A stretch of 64,000 nt of DNA, taken from the NCBI GenBank assembly GCA_054600435.1, contig BAAIJX010000069.1:1-64000 (forward strand). Direction: 5' to 3'. Each line of letters starts with the position of its first letter. The first letter of the stretch is position 1. The position numbers were made by a program, and so were the translations under genes. This DNA comes from Neophaeotheca triangularis (lineage: Eukaryota). Below are positions 37,401 through 50,144 of the stretch, piece after piece. The notes beneath the pieces are model-generated. The model was given only the letters and a program-made list of their open reading frames with translations, did no database searches and was not told the origin of the DNA.

Positions 37401-38299
37401 TCGTCGTCCTCGTTCGACATGTCATCGCTATCATCTTCGTCGTCCGAAGGCGAGCTGTCTTCCTCGTCCTCTTCGAGGTCTTCTTCCGAGCTGAAACCAA
37501 TGAAGACGGATTGATCATCGTCATCGTCGGAGGCATCATCATCTTCATCGTCTTCTGGGATATCAAGTGCTGCAAGTCTTTCTCCGAGAAGTCTTTCCTT
37601 CTCCTTGCGTTCCAAATCCTCACCCTTGTCGCTTCTCTTCCTCCTCTTACGCTTGGAGATCACCGGCATACCGTTCTCACTATTCTCTAGCGGGCGTTTC
37701 AACCCACTTCCAAACGCCGCAGACGCTGGTAGCTTTTCAGGCGCATCCCCCGTCTTCCCAGGTGCGGCTGAATTCCCTCCCCACAGCCCCCCATCCACTT
37801 TACCCTCATCAGCCGCCTCCTGAACACCCTCCTCCTCCTCCTCAATATCCTCAGGCCCATCTTCCACCTCCTTTCTCCTCTCAAACAAAACCTTATCCCC
37901 GTCCCCATCAACATCAATCCCAGCCTGCCTCTCCCTAAGCGCCCTCCCAAACCGCTCCCTCTTAGTCTCCCTCCTCCGTCCGAGGTCTTGACTCCTCTGC
38001 AACAGCCCCGTATCAACCTTATTTGCAGCAAGCTTCTTTAAAACTTCCAAGTTCTCCTCCTTGCGCAGTTTGCTGTCGACATACTTGTCCAGGCGTTTGC
38101 GTTTCTTGCCGCTGATTTTCTCGTTGGGCTGTTGGGCGCGGAGTTCGTCTTGGAGCTGCGTGCGGCGGGCATCTTTCTCCGCAACGGTCGAGGGTGCGAT
38201 TTCTGAGGTGTTGGAGTCGTTCTGATGTTGCTGCTGGGGCTGTGGGTTGCGCGCGAGTTTGCGGTGTTTGCGCTCTCGGGGGACGAATTTTGGCGGCAT
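34466..38299 (-). CDS. DHR1: DEAH-box RNA helicase Dhr1/Ecm16 (DHX37), SSU processome
   Basis: MPPKFVPRERKHR start, GATGSGKTTQVPQ, TQPRRVAA, DEAH, SAT, ATNVAETSLTIP, QRAGRAGR and FPFPTPP. Intronless, 1277 aa. Confidence 0.93.
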   Translation of the reverse strand: MPPKFVPRERKHRKLARNPQPQQQHQNDSNTSEIAPSTVAEKDARRTQLQDELRAQQPNEKISGKKRKRLDKYVDSKLRKEENLEVLKKLAANKVDTGLLQRSQDLGRRRETKRERFGRALRERQAGIDVDGDGDKVLFERRKEVEDGPEDIEEEEEGVQEAADEGKVDGGLWGGNSAAPGKTGDAPEKLPASAAFGSGLKRPLENSENGMPVISKRKRRKRSDKGEDLERKEKERLLGERLAALDIPEDDEDDDASDDDDDQSVFIGFSSEEDLEEDEEDSSPSDDEDDSDDMSNEDDDDENGSSDEASASGNSVTSDDKPARTSMFKVWANAQRNATIGFTPSAALSEEDNAAIKKNFVPRQPSPDPGAPTIPTSSAQVTRPTAAVTIPRLEGIQLARLELPVVQEEQKIMEAIHNNPAVVICGATGSGKTTQVPQMMFESGYGSEIGKSMAGDAKPSPTRGMVGVTQPRRVAAVSVAERVATEMGSEYKNRVAHQVRYDTNVSRFTAMKFMTDGILLREISEDILLQKYSAIVIDEAHERSVNTDILIGMLSRIYKTRAELAVEEPEKYYPLKLVIMSATLRITDFAANERLFRDGPPPIVEAEGRQYPVVEHFSRKTQRDFVSEMATKVARGHRKLPPGGMLVFLTGQQEISTVMKQLRETLGTNTAGYGGAVKARESQDQMPLEADDWEDGKRGPSDALEGEDSEDSDAEIEGLDDDEDEEFAIEEPGPRGALKPHILPLYASLPTAQQMRVFQPPPEGSRLIVLATNVAETSLTIPNIRYVFDSGRAKEKRFEPSTGVQTFEVDWVSKASASQRAGRAGRTGPGHCYRLYSSAVYEQFFADHSVPEIMRTPLEGTVLQLKAMEIDNVVNFPFPTPPDRSQLAQAEQLLRNLGAIAEATGKVTDVGKQLSKYPLSPRFGKIMMLAKMNGVLPYAIAIVAALAVGDLFVSEAQVAGAAEDAADAAPQDSESDDYERAEKAAARAQSAAQISRHAAYTRAHALLARQSETSDTLKLLTALAVYSSQSTTAASKFCNNYFLREKGMQETQSLRQQLHSIVRSQDRVTNLTATPDLSKLDPPSEKEAKILGQVVAGGFVDQVAIRADLLPNASSETAPSHRKPRRAIQVAYRTLAPSSTPTPGQGFEPDEQNVYIHPSSLLAHLSVKELPSYIIYSHLSRGTPKTLDPEAPVPKTRLHPLTPISEKALAALAEGTPLLRFGKPVGKIEEVEGGRERKCWVGVGIQIGNGEEWPLGAWRVVQRRVRGDWTVKEVLQR

Positions 38300-38668
38300 T
38301 ATAAGTAGATTGTAGGCTGGTCTTACAAATTCATCATACTCCTCTGCGCGAAAATTCCAAGTTACTTTAGAAGCACGTAGGTGTAAGATGTCTTTCTATA
38401 GGCCCAAGAGTCTTACTCGAGAAACGGTCAAAAAGTTCGAGCTTTCCACGGACGTAGTCGGCGATAAGCATTAGCGCGTCGGCAAAGCTGCGCCGACCCT
38501 TTCTAACCTCCGAGCCTAATAGTATGCTTAACCTTAACTACTCTTCTCCAAGAAGACAACCTTAAAACCTACCCTGCTTCTTGCTCTACCACAACAAAGC
38601 CAAAAAGAAAGAACACACAATCACTCCGTCAGCCCAGAGCTTACAATCAAATAACGACTTCTTCAGCC

Positions 38669-39142
38669 ATGGCTGCCCCTAAAATCGAAGACTACCCCTA
38701 CCCCGCCCCCCTCAAGACGCGCACAACCCACCTCACCAATCCTCCAACCCCACTAACAGCAACCCTTCACTCCTTCACCGACAAACTACTCCTAACCCTC
38801 CAAACTCCCTTCCCCGGCACTCTAACTCACTGGCTCCACGTCCCCCTCGCTTCCGCGACACCTCTAGACCCCACAGCCTCAAGCACCGCTTACACCAACC
38901 CCGACGAAGGCAACGAGTTACTCCCAATGGCGCACTTGACAGCTACGACGGTTCTCGGGGGCACGAAGGAGGAGGAAGAGGTGCTAGGGCAGACGCTGGC
39001 GGTTATGGTTGCGAGTGCGGTTTTAACGAGGAGGCCGGGGGAGGAGAGGTTGTTGGTCTTAGGATTAGGGCTGCCTAGGGGATTTGGGGGGGAGGGGGAG
39101 GAGTTTGAGAAGGTGGTGGGTGTGTGTTTGGATTGTTTGTGA
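38669..39142 (+). CDS. Proteasome assembly chaperone 3 (PAC3/PSMG3-like)
   Basis: FTDKLLLTL...LTHWLHVPL, LLPMAHLTATTVLGG and EERLLVLGLGL match the filamentous-fungal PAC3 pattern as recalled. Confidence 0.7.
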   Translation: MAAPKIEDYPYPAPLKTRTTHLTNPPTPLTATLHSFTDKLLLTLQTPFPGTLTHWLHVPLASATPLDPTASSTAYTNPDEGNELLPMAHLTATTVLGGTKEEEEVLGQTLAVMVASAVLTRRPGEERLLVLGLGLPRGFGGEGEEFEKVVGVCLDCL

Positions 39143-40280
39143 GGGGGTTAGTGTGAGCGGACTTTTTTGATGATTTGAGTGGTGAGGTGTGGCGGATGTG
39201 AGGGGTGTGGAGGGGGATGGAAAGTTGAGTGTGCTGCATGGGCGCTTGGTGTGCTCGTCTCCAAGTTGAGAGCCGCGGTTCCAGATACGAGATCTTACAG
39301 AGCGTCTCGTTAGCCGATGCAGGTTGCAGTGCCAGCTTACGCCAAAGTAGATTGGGGAGACTGGAGGGAGGCTAGAAGGAGCCGGTTGGTTCCCTAGCAG
39401 CCATCCAATGTACAGATACCACTCGATCACGCCATGGACCCCAAAAATTTACGCAAAACTTCCCGCTCTGGCCATGAAATTTAATAGTGCGGCCCGACTA
39501 CGAAGATTACGAAAGAGGTCAGACCAAGCAGTTAAGCCATCAGATTCTGCGATTCACGCCGCGCAGCATAGCAGCCCCAAAATCACTTTGCGGCAAGAGA
39601 GCTAGCACCAGACTCCAACACTCTACCAAAAATATCAAGCCGTCAGTCTCTGCTCAAATATAGACTTTGCGGTTAAACCACAAACCGGGCCTTTGCCTGT
39701 AGGCCAGCACAGCCATCCCAAGCCTACCGACCGCAAAAATGATGCACGACTCCAAGCTTCCAGAGTCCTCACGCAAAGAGAGCACCTCGAGCATCAGTAT
39801 ACACCAAAACATGCACACCGAAGGAATGCTATCTACAGCATAAATCCTTGGGAGCAAGCGTTCAACAACACGCAAAACTGGGCAAACGGGCTCAGACCTC
39901 TCCAAATAAGACAAATAAGATAGCAGCAAATAACAAATCCCTCCCATCCCATAGCCGCTTAGGTAACAATATCTTCGAGGACCAAGAGCTTCCCGAGAAC
40001 TTCCAGCAAACTAGACACAACACTCGCCCGCCTACAGAAAAGATGGAGACTCCAAGCGACGGCACGCCGTTCTTATAACAAATTTCTCAGGACAATCTAA
40101 ACTCGTTCACAACAAATCCACAAGAGCCCCGAGAAATCCAACAGCTCCCCAGACCATCCCCCCACAGCGGCCGAAAGGGAAAAAATGCCCGCGGAGAGGC
40201 AGGCCACGAAATACGCCCTTGAAATTCTACCATTCGGCTGGCTGATGGGAGGAATCATCGTCGTCGCGAACTAGTCTTTA

Positions 40281-40283
40281 CAG

Positions 40284-40320
<37 letters not shown>

Positions 40321-40332
40321 TGTGTGTGTGTG
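40281..40332. repeat. Compound (GA)n/(GT)n microsatellite
   Basis: Directly visible. Confidence 0.9.
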
Positions 40333-41222
40333 AATCAGCTCTCCTGCATCATCTAACTTTTTGACCACATCCCTGTCCTTTCGACGCATTCGCATGGGTT
40401 CTTAGAACAGTCTAGCTCCCTCCATTTATCGCCTCTTTCCAATGCCGCCGCTTCGACCACGACAAACCAGAGATATATACACATAGCCGTGTACACGGAA
40501 TCTCCCGCAAGCCCGCGTCCACTACTTACACATGTATATCTGAGGTGCCGCCGGGTTGAACTCGGTATATTTATAATTCCCTACCAAACCCTCTCTCTAT
40601 ATATATACCTTACATATAGCCATCTGAGACCACGATCGCTCAAGCTAACCCCGCGTTATGCATACGTGAGACCACTAACTAGGCCCCATCTTGTAGATAA
40701 CAAGAACCCAACTCCCAACTCCCAAGTAAAGAGCACCTGTGAAAAAGCCCCCACCCGGCAAATGGAAATACCCAAGGTACCTACCAACCCATCCACCAAC
40801 CTCAAGACTACCTCAACGAATTCCACCAACGCTAGCAGCTACAAGGAGGTTTCGCAGCAGAGGGACATGTCATTCGTATCATAATCGTTGTCGTATCATA
40901 TCATAACATAACATAGCTAGCTTCGCGACGCATTCGGCCCAGCTAGCCGCGTCCGCAGGCCGGGATTAAATCCACTATGTACGCAGGTAGGCCGGTCCAC
41001 TCTTTCTACCTCTCGTGGTCTCCCCCTTCCAGACGGCGTGATCGTCTTGTACCTTCAGTCGCTCACTCTCTCGCCCGCGGGAGCGTAAAAGGCGAGCCGT
41101 TATCCAGCAATGGCGAAGCACAACAGCGCAAAGGTAGGCGGGGTATGAATAAAGCAGCCTCGGCAGCAGCGGTTCAGCATCCTCGACGAAATCGCAGTCG
41201 CGCTCCCACGTTCGAGTCGCGA

Positions 41223-44200
41223 TTACATCATATTCCCATCCCAACCCTGTTGTGGTTGTTGCTGCTGTTGCTGTTGTTGTTGCTGCTGCTGCGGTTGCCC
41301 CATTGACATCCCCTGCTGCTGTTGTTGGGGCGGCTGACCCATCCCGGCCCCCTGCGGTCCCAAACCCTGCCCCATCCCGCCACCACTCCCCTGCCCCTGC
41401 GCCGCAAACCCCGCCCTCCCAACATTCTGCCGGACCCAGTTCTGCGCACTCATCTGGGCAAACCCCTGCCAACCAGCACTGCCCAGACCCTGCCTTTCAC
41501 TCAAGTATCTGAGAGCCATTTCCATCATTTGCGAGTGCTGGGCCGCGTCGGTACCTACACCGGCGGCGATGTTCGTGGCGGGCAGGGAAGCGGAATTGTG
41601 CGACGAATGCGGCGGTGAGAGGGGCGGGTCTTTGTAAGTGAAAATGTGTTTGCTGCCCGTGGACTGATATTGGGCGAGGGGTTGGGGGGAGGTCCAGCCG
41701 GTGTTGGTGTTGCTGGCTTGGGGGTTACTGGTGTTGTTGTGGAACAGAGTTACGGACACAGGGCCGGAGCGTGAGGGTGGCGAAACGCAGAGCAGGGCTT
41801 TGTCGCCGTAGCAGGTTGTTGCTGTTGCTAGGTGCTCGCCGAACATGACTTCCATGCCTGTTGTGAAGCCGCTGCCGTAGATGGAGACGTCGGTGCCGCC
41901 TAGGGTTGGGCCTTCAGAGGGGGTGACTTTGTGGATCATGGGGAGAGGTGGGGGGTTAGGGTCGGGGTTGGGTTGAGGATTATTGTCGGTTGGGTTCAAA
42001 GGGGTGGGTTGGTATAGGGGTTGTTGGTGTGGTTGTTGCTGTTGGCGTTGAGTCAGGAGATTTGGTTGTTGCTGGGTCTGCTGCTGCTGTTGTTGGTGGG
42101 GATGAATGTGGTGCGGGTGGCGACCATAGGTTGCGAGAGCGTTAGGCCCACCAGGTGGAGCCGGGGAGGAGGCTCGACTTTGAGCACGGGAACCAGGGGC
42201 AGAGTAAAAGGCCATATTTTGAGCGTGTTCTCGTCCTCGCATGTGTTGAGACATCTGGCTGAAGTTGAAAGGTCCCTGCTCTACGCCTGGCGTTGGAGGG
42301 TTACTGTTATTGTAGAACTGCGCTGGCCCGTTATTGGGTATTGTCATGTATGATTGATCGGGCTGGCCACCGAAAGTGGCACCTGTTGGCGAGAATGGAG
42401 ACATGTTCGACATTGCCGAAGGCATGTTTGATGATGGCGGCTGACTGGTATCCACCCTCGGTGTCATAGTAAGGCCGCTTGGTACTCTCCCATGGAACGT
42501 GGAAGACTTCCTCTTCTTATTCGGGCCTGAATTACCTCCACTGGTAGGAGAGGCAGGCCTACTCAAACTGGTTGGTGTCATTGTCGCAGAAGAGGCTTGT
42601 GAGCTAAATCCCTGAGGCGTCATTTGGTGTATGTGGCTGTGCTGGTTGAATTGCGGCCCATACGCCATACCCTGGAGATTGCCTGTAGATCTGGAAGTCG
42701 TGAAGGGTTGCATATGTGTCGACATGTCCACCATGGAATAGGAGGTAGCCAGACCGGGCGGACCGTACCCACCATTGGCGTACATTGCCTGATCGGGCAT
42801 CGCAGCGGGGAAGCTCTGAGGATGCGTTTTGTGGTCGTCGGTGATGAGAATCGAATCGGACATCTCCTGGGCGACCACATTCCCGACCTGGTCCTTGAGT
42901 GTGAATATGACTTGAAAGCCGTCCTTTTCACTTTGATGCCGACAATAACATGCGATTCGCATGGCCGCCGTGACCTGCGCAGAGCCGTCAGGGGGAGTGT
43001 ATCCATCATCAGGAGCCGCGTTACCATCCTTTGCTTGCTGTCCAGGCTCGTACGGCTTGAAAGGCAGATATTCATTCGAGTTGAAGACGACAACCCTCTC
43101 CGTCTCATAACGCTCCCAATGTTGCTGTTCTTCTTCCTTCTTGAGCTTCTTCCGTCCAGCTCGCTTCCTCTCGCGCTGTATACAATTGTTGCAGATGCGA
43201 ACCTCTCCGCCGTTGGCTGGTCTGTCCGCCTCGTCCACATTCTTCATATCATTCCGATCTATCCCCTCTGGCGATCCTTTGTCCTCTTCTGCTCTTTTCT
43301 GTATCTCTTCGTTGTTCTGCGCAGCTGCTCGCTGCAAAGCCTTTTCCTTCAGCTGGGGGGATCGCATAGCGCTCGTACACACCAGCATAGTGTGAAGTTC
43401 CAGAGACCTCGCCTCGTCGACGGGCTCTTTGGCTAGCAACTTTGACTTTGCTATTGTGTGCAAAGGAAGATGCAGGGTTTCGGTGTTTGGCGGGGGCTTC
43501 TCCAAAGTCATGACTACATTGATTTGTGTCTCCACTCTTGACTTGGTCGAGATGGGAGCGATGTGCAATGGAGATCGCCCGGGTTTAGCGATGTTGGTTC
43601 TTGCTCCAATCGCAGGGGTTGCGCCGTTCACAACAGGGGATGGCGTAAAGTTCAAAGCCGTGGGTGAAGTGAATTGATTGTGGAATTCAGCCGACCATGC
43701 TGGGTTGTGAGGCAAGCTGCCGAGATATTGTTGCGGGTTGTTGAAAGCGTCGTTGCTATCAGAAGATGGTGTAGAGAAGAGGGCGTTTGGGGAAGGGTTG
43801 TTGAACATCATGTTGTTCGTTGCGGGAGACTGATCGCGGGAAGGCCCAAGGGTAAACATGCCTGGGTTAATAGTCTGTACCTGATCATTATTAGCGCTGA
43901 TTGCCTTGAAATCGTCTTCGAGGGCGGCGAGAAAATGCCTTGATCCGCGCAAAAAGACGTACAGGTGAGCCATTATTGTATTGCTGAGGAGCATTGCGCG
44001 CCGGAAACTTGAGCTTGGTGTCCATGTTCATGCCATTATCGACATGTTTGCGGCGATGAACAGGACTTGAAGCTGCACTGTTGAAATCAAAATTATTAGA
44101 CATGTTCTGTTCCAGCGACAGATTATGCATGGGTCGCGAGAAATTCTGGTCAAAGTTGGACTCGTAGTTCTGTAAGCTCTGCATGCCGTCCATTTCCATG

Positions 44201-44619
44201 TCGCCCTGCTCTTGCTTTATGCGACCAGCGCCGTAGCTGGACTCGGCGATTGGATCTGATATGGGCGATTCAGTAGTCTTCCTCTTGTGCTGACTAGACG
44301 TGTCCGAGGTCGAGTCTTGCGGGGAGCTGTCGAGGGAAGCAGAGGAGGGCTGGCCACGGTTGCTTTGCTGCTGCTGCTGTTGTTGTTGCTGAACGTTCTG
44401 TGCACCGGCGGAGGCAGTAGGCATGGAGTTGAAATCTGCTCGAGATGGCGTGCGGATGGCAAGGCCGGGACTATCGGCGTAATCCATGTTGGTAAAGTCA
44501 TTGAAGGCGCTGACTCCAAAGGGGGAGTCGGCGCTCATTTGGTCGTCGAACTGCATGCTATTAAACATGGGGTCGTTCCAATCCATGTCGCCGCCCATGG
44601 GTGTGTTGTGCGACGCCAT
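41223..44619 (-). CDS. Spt23/Mga2-like IPT/TIG transcription factor, lacking ankyrin repeats and TM anchor
   Basis: ATG at 44619 (MASHNTP) and intron 43881-43962. KSRVETQI, LHLPLHTIAKSKLL, ICNNCIQRERKRAGRKK, RIACYCRHQSEK, ILITDDHK, IPT domain HKVTPSEGPTLGGTDVSIYGSGF. Ends in a Q/G-rich tail. Confidence 0.88.
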
Positions 44620-45667
44620 GTTGACGTCGATGATGGGGAGTGGACGTCGGATCAGTTCCTGCAGGCACTGAAGAGGTGCTGATTCTGGACTCGCGAGTCG
44701 AGGTGGAGGCGATGGAGCGTGTGTCCGGATGGAGTTCCGCGGTTCGGCAGAGGCGCCCTTGGTGATAGCGCAAGCCTCTGTCTTGTTAGCGGCGATCCTC
44801 AGGCAGCATAGTTGGCAAGAGTCCGGCGGTAGACGGCGGGGAAGGCAGAACAGGTAGGTGGTGGTGTTGACGGGGCGGAGCAGTATTGGCGGCGATTGGG
44901 GAGGTATGAGGTGAGGTCTAGAGCACGGATAATAGCGAGGGTCGAGGTCGCAATAATGGCGGCGCGAGTAGGTAGTGCGGTGCGGTGCTAGACAAAGGCA
45001 GTACCTCCGGAGGTAGTGAGCAGTGTCTCGAGTCTCGCTCGACTGGACTGGCAGGGTGTGCAGGGGGCACTGGTGCAGGTCGCAGGTGTCGAAGGAAGGG
45101 TTCGCTCGGATCACGGGGCTGGTCTTGATCACGGCTTGGCCGAGTGCGGTCGAGTGCGGCGGAGATCTGACTAGCACCAAAGTCAAAGTCGAATAAAGCG
45201 GACTCTTGTTATTTTATATCATCAATTAATTATTATTAGAGCCATCTCAAGTTACTGCAGGTGATGATTTTTATTTTGATTATGATGCTGACCGTGAAAT
45301 ACGCTGGTAAGCTGGCACAGTAAGGTAAGCTACAAGTACAGTACATGGATACAGCAATACTAGCCGCTCCTACTGTACCCGGCGGACTGACGACGCTTTG
45401 CTCTCTGTACGTGTTCTTCCCGGCGACGCCCGCAATTACTATGTATGTACAGTAAGGCTAAGGTAGGATACCTTACAGTACATAGTAGGTACTGTAATTG
45501 TAAACGAAAGGTACCAGTAAGGTACAATGCCACCGGTACTAGGAAGGCACGTTTGCTTCCCGCTCCGCCACCCCCGGCCAACGACGACGACGACGACGAC
45601 GGCCAAGTTGATATCGACGCGAGGTCAGCCTTCAGTCTTCTCCCATGTATGTTACAGTATGTAGGTA

Positions 45668-45723
45668 GGTAGTAGTAGTAGTAGTGGTAGTAGTAGTGGT
45701 AGTAGTAGTAGTAGTAGTAGTAG
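45668..45723. repeat. (TAG)n microsatellite with TGG interruptions
   Basis: Directly visible. Confidence 0.9.
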
Positions 45724-46847
45724 GCGGGCGGAATGGCGTGCAGCACCGCCGCTGCACGGGAGAGGAGGACGGGGGAGGAGTCGAGGACTCGACACTTCTT
45801 GGCATGCACGTGCATCACCCCACACTTGTTCCGCCACTACATTAGTTACAGGTAGGGGGCGGGCGTACTCGAGCGCTCGACGGGAGACGAATATCTCCAG
45901 ACGACCTCCACCTCATGCATACTTTCTCCAGGTTACACAACATGAAAATCCCTTCAAACAAACTCCCTGGATAAGGCATGTCTTCGCGAACACTACGGGG
46001 TCAAGGCTTCCAGCTCGTGCAATCAGTCCGGGCATCATGTCTCTCGGCACTTGTTTTGCGATTTCTACGCCGACACAGAATGTACAGTACTTTACCTCCT
46101 AGGTGCTGCACCTCAAACCGCTACAGTCTCGGCCCCCTCGCCCCGAGACACGCGAGGAGACACATGCATAACGTAGCGAGGCTACACCTTGCCGTCTGCC
46201 GCGCTTACAGGTAATTCTCCAGATAGGCGAGTCAGCGCGGCCATGAGTTGGCTCCACCAGCTTCACGGCGCCTATGTAGTATAGCACTGAGGTAGAAAAA
46301 GCAAACCTGCCATTACGAACTCCAATGCTGGAATCATCGCATCGTAACCGAAACCGAGCATTGACATGATATTGCAGAGTAGCTCCGCGAAAAGACGACA
46401 CCGTCACATCACCCAACAGCTCGTTGAAGAAGTCAAACTATCCTCACGACTCATGTCTAATACCGGGAAGATCTTTGTACTCGGAGCGACTATCAAGGGC
46501 TTCTCGGGCCGCAACTACATTGTAATACCGCAGACTTCACCGACCGGATGCGGATATGCAGCACTCAACAAGCACGAGTAGAAATCGGCACAAAACATCT
46601 ATCTCTATTGCGTTTGCCCTCGTGAGCAGGGTTTCCATGTACTTGATATTGACATCAAACGTCGCGAAAGCTGTAGGAAGCTTCGGAACCTCTAATCCCT
46701 CATGTCAAACCTTCAGAATCAAGCACCTTGTCCCAAAAAAGGCTCCATTCAGACCTAACTCTCAGTCCGCGTCAAAGCAACATCAGCCTCACTAGAAGAC
46801 GACGTCTCTACATCCCTCTTCCCAGGCCTCAGAACACTGGTCGCTTC

Positions 46848-48512
46848 CTACAGCAAACCAAAAGTCAGTATTGCGCTTGCCAGAGTTTCGGAACCTCTTC
46901 CAGAATGTCGACTCACCTTCCTACCGCTCCCTACATACCACGCTGGAAGCTGGCCGAAGAGGCCATCGACCTGCTCCAACGTTCTGCCAGCCGGCTCGGG
47001 GTAGAATGCCCAGACAACCGCGGCGAACAAGGCGTTCAGGACGAGCCAGATGATTAGATAGCCGTAGCCCACTTCGTAGAGGCCGAGGAAATATGTGTAC
47101 GACATCATGCTGGGGCGGGTGTTAGTTTTGGGTGGGGGCTGTTGTTGAAAGGGCTTGGTATGTGGTGGGGTAGGTACTCACATGTCGAAACCGCTGCGCA
47201 GGATCCATGAGCCAGCGAGGCCTCTGAAACGGAAGGGGGTGGTGTTGATTTCCGTTGCGTAAAGACTGCGGCACGGGGTTAGTAGGGGTTCTCTTGTCGA
47301 GAGGGGGCGTGTTGTTTTCGCATGTATCAAAGGATGGGGAGACGGTGTGGGGTTCACTTACACTGGGATCGCCATGAACCCAACCGCATAGCACGCGGTC
47401 CAAAAGAAAATAAACGCAGTCGCCACATTGTCCAGCGTGTCGCTACCACGCCCGGAAGGCGACGAGAAAGAATTGCAAACCGTCAGAGGAATCCAGCAGA
47501 TAGCCTGACCGACTGCCGCAAAGACCAGCAATTTCCTGCGTCCGAAGCGGTCCACGAGTCCGATGGATGCCAAGGTCAAAAGCAGCGTAACCAGCCCGAG
47601 CATCGTTTGCATAAGCTCCAAATCGACGTTGTACCAGCCGCTGAGCATGACCGACAGACTCACAGCAATGCGCCCAGTGAGTGGGACCATACACTGCAGC
47701 GCCACGCCCAGGACCAGACGCCTCCAGCGACGCGGTCCTTTGACAGCAACCGAGCTCCCAGCCGTTGCAGCCCCCTCACCCGACAACCCTCCCGCCCCGC
47801 TCTTCCCCTTCAAAACCTCCCACCGTCCACTCTCCGGCGCCAGCACCGCCACCACAACCGCCGGCACCAAAAACACAAACTGCAAAGCCAACGGCACCCT
47901 AAACCCAACCTCCCCGGGCACATAAACCCACGCAAACCCCAACCACCTAGCGACCTGGCCGCCAAAAACGCTCCCGACCCACACTCCCACGACCGCCGCA
48001 CCCCTCCACCCGCTCCCAACACTCTCCACAATCCACACGGGCCCCGCGACAATTTGCAACCCATACCCGAACCCGAGGATAACTCTCGCCGCAACAGTTT
48101 GCCCGTAGCCCATGGTCGCGGTTTCCACTATAGCGCCCACCAATGCCAGGCCTAGGGAGAAGAGAAACAGCGGTTTGCGGCCGAGAAGATTTCCCATGGC
48201 CAAAGCGAAGAAGTAGGAGGCGATGCCGCTGTAGAAGGCGCTGATCGAGAGCCAGGAGCTCTGGCCGAGGGTTAGGAAGGTTTGGGAATCGCCAAAGATG
48301 GCCGCCAGGGATTGGTTGCGGCTTGTGAGGTGGGAGAAGGTTGTGGCTTCGTAGTCGGCGTGGGCGAAGGCGAGGAGGACGGTCAGCTGCATGGGAGATT
48401 TGGGCGGTTAGTGGGTTTGTTGGGGACGGGGACGCGGTGGGGGCGGGTGCTGTACTGTTACTAGGATGCTGCCTTTTTTGCCCGCTGAGGGGGAGGGTGG
48501 GGTGGTGTCCAT
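46848..48512 (-). CDS. MFS sugar porter family transporter (divergent), 3 introns
   Basis: Exon 1 MDTTPPSPSAGKKGSIL|GTAACA..CACTAAC..CAG. LGRK, ARVILGFG, PVWIVE, PESGRW, VDRFGRRKL, LYATEI..FRFRG and PEPAGRTLEQVD are sugar porter signatures. Confidence 0.82.
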
Positions 48513-50003
48513 GGCTGCTGTTGTTGTTGTCTTCTTGGTGTTGTAGAATGGATGGAGTTTGACAAAGTCAGAACGCAAGCGTAAATTGGGAGGGGATCTC
48601 GTGAAGTCGGTATAGCACAAGTACGTATATATATATATATAGGCAAGAAATAGAGAGCCAAAAGCGACGCTCCCTCACCCTGGTAGGTAATAAAGTAGTA
48701 CCTAGCCTATAGTTGACTTATACCGTCCACCTCCAATGCCTGCTCTGCGCTCCCCGCGACTCCGCCTCCACCCCGTGCGGCCATGGCACCGGATGCAAAG
48801 CCGAGCTAAGCATCCTTCCACGAGCTGAGCATCCTTCCACCAATGCCTGCCTGCCTGCCTGCCTACCTACCAGTCTAATAAGTCAAGCGAAATTCCGCAG
48901 CATCACGAGACACCTGGACAGCCGTCAAACCCCCCGCAAACCATCCAAGTGGAATCCAATCCCCAGACGCTACCTAGGTACACGCTACACGCTACACGCT
49001 ACACGACTCATAGCTTTCGCGCGAAGGATCACAGCCAAGGCCGCGAAAGCGCGCCATGTTGTCATTCGGGTTGGGTTGCTGATGCGGTCAAGCTTTGCTG
49101 CATACACATGGGAGCTGTGTGGGGTGGCTAGGCTAACAATGGCTATGCTGTGGTGGCTGTAGTAATTGGTACCTTACCTAGGCAGTCGCTTTTGTCGCTG
49201 TGAGATGGGATTCGGATCGACGGGGTGAGTGTTTGGGGTTTTTTAAGGGCGAGGAGTGTTGTTTGGAGGCTTCTTTGAGGTCCACGGGTGTCGTAGGCGG
49301 GTTGGGTGGGATTTAGGTCGGGTGATTGTGGTTTAGGTCGTGTGAGTTTGGTGGATGGAGGATGGGGGGTTCGCTTCTCGGGCCGCTAATGGCGTGGCTG
49401 TGTTGGGCTAGGGCTCGGGGCCCGCTGGGCTGAGCTGGGCTGGCATGACATGGCACCATGGCATGGCTGTGCTGGATTTCTCGTCGTTAGGCCGGACATG
49501 GTTGGACGACACGGGTCTTGTTACTGCTGTAGCTTTCAAGTTACCTTACGATTGATGTCGTCCTTGTCATCTTCTCGTCTTTGCTGCTTCTTCTCAAGTG
49601 GTCTTTTGTGTCGATGGGGTGAGCTCTAGTAGAATGTGAAGTCGAAAGCTGTCCGGCTTCCCCTACTACTAACTGGACTTTAGGATAGGGCGTCGACCAA
49701 TAACTTTCTTGCTTGAAGTTCTTCCCCTTTATCTAGCATGTTTACGGTAGCCACTCGTTTTGATGGCTGATGTGGAAAGGTGGAAAACACACTTTAGGTC
49801 TTGGCCGCAAGAAGGTCGACCATCAATAGTAAATACCTACCTTACACCTCGGTCGCTGTTGCTGATTGTCCTAGGTTTCCTACTTGTGAGGACTCGTAGA
49901 GAGACTTTCTGTACAATTGACAAGGTACTCCTGATGCCGTCCAACACGAGGACATATCATGTTGAGTCATCGAACGGTTCCGATAGACATTCGAAAAATA
50001 GCT

Positions 50004-50035
<32 letters not shown>

Positions 50036-50144
50036 TCTCATCCTTGCTGACCATTCGCAAGGCAAGGCCTCGACTCGGACTGATCGACGGGTGGAGCTGG
50101 CAAACTAACCTTAACTCCAAGCTCCATCCAAACTCCAACATCAG

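Noticed and set aside
44620..45186. About 190 open codons in frame upstream of the Spt23-like ATG (possible non-AUG extension)
   Set aside because: A C-rich leader has few stops by composition, and the translated sequence shows no recognisable domain
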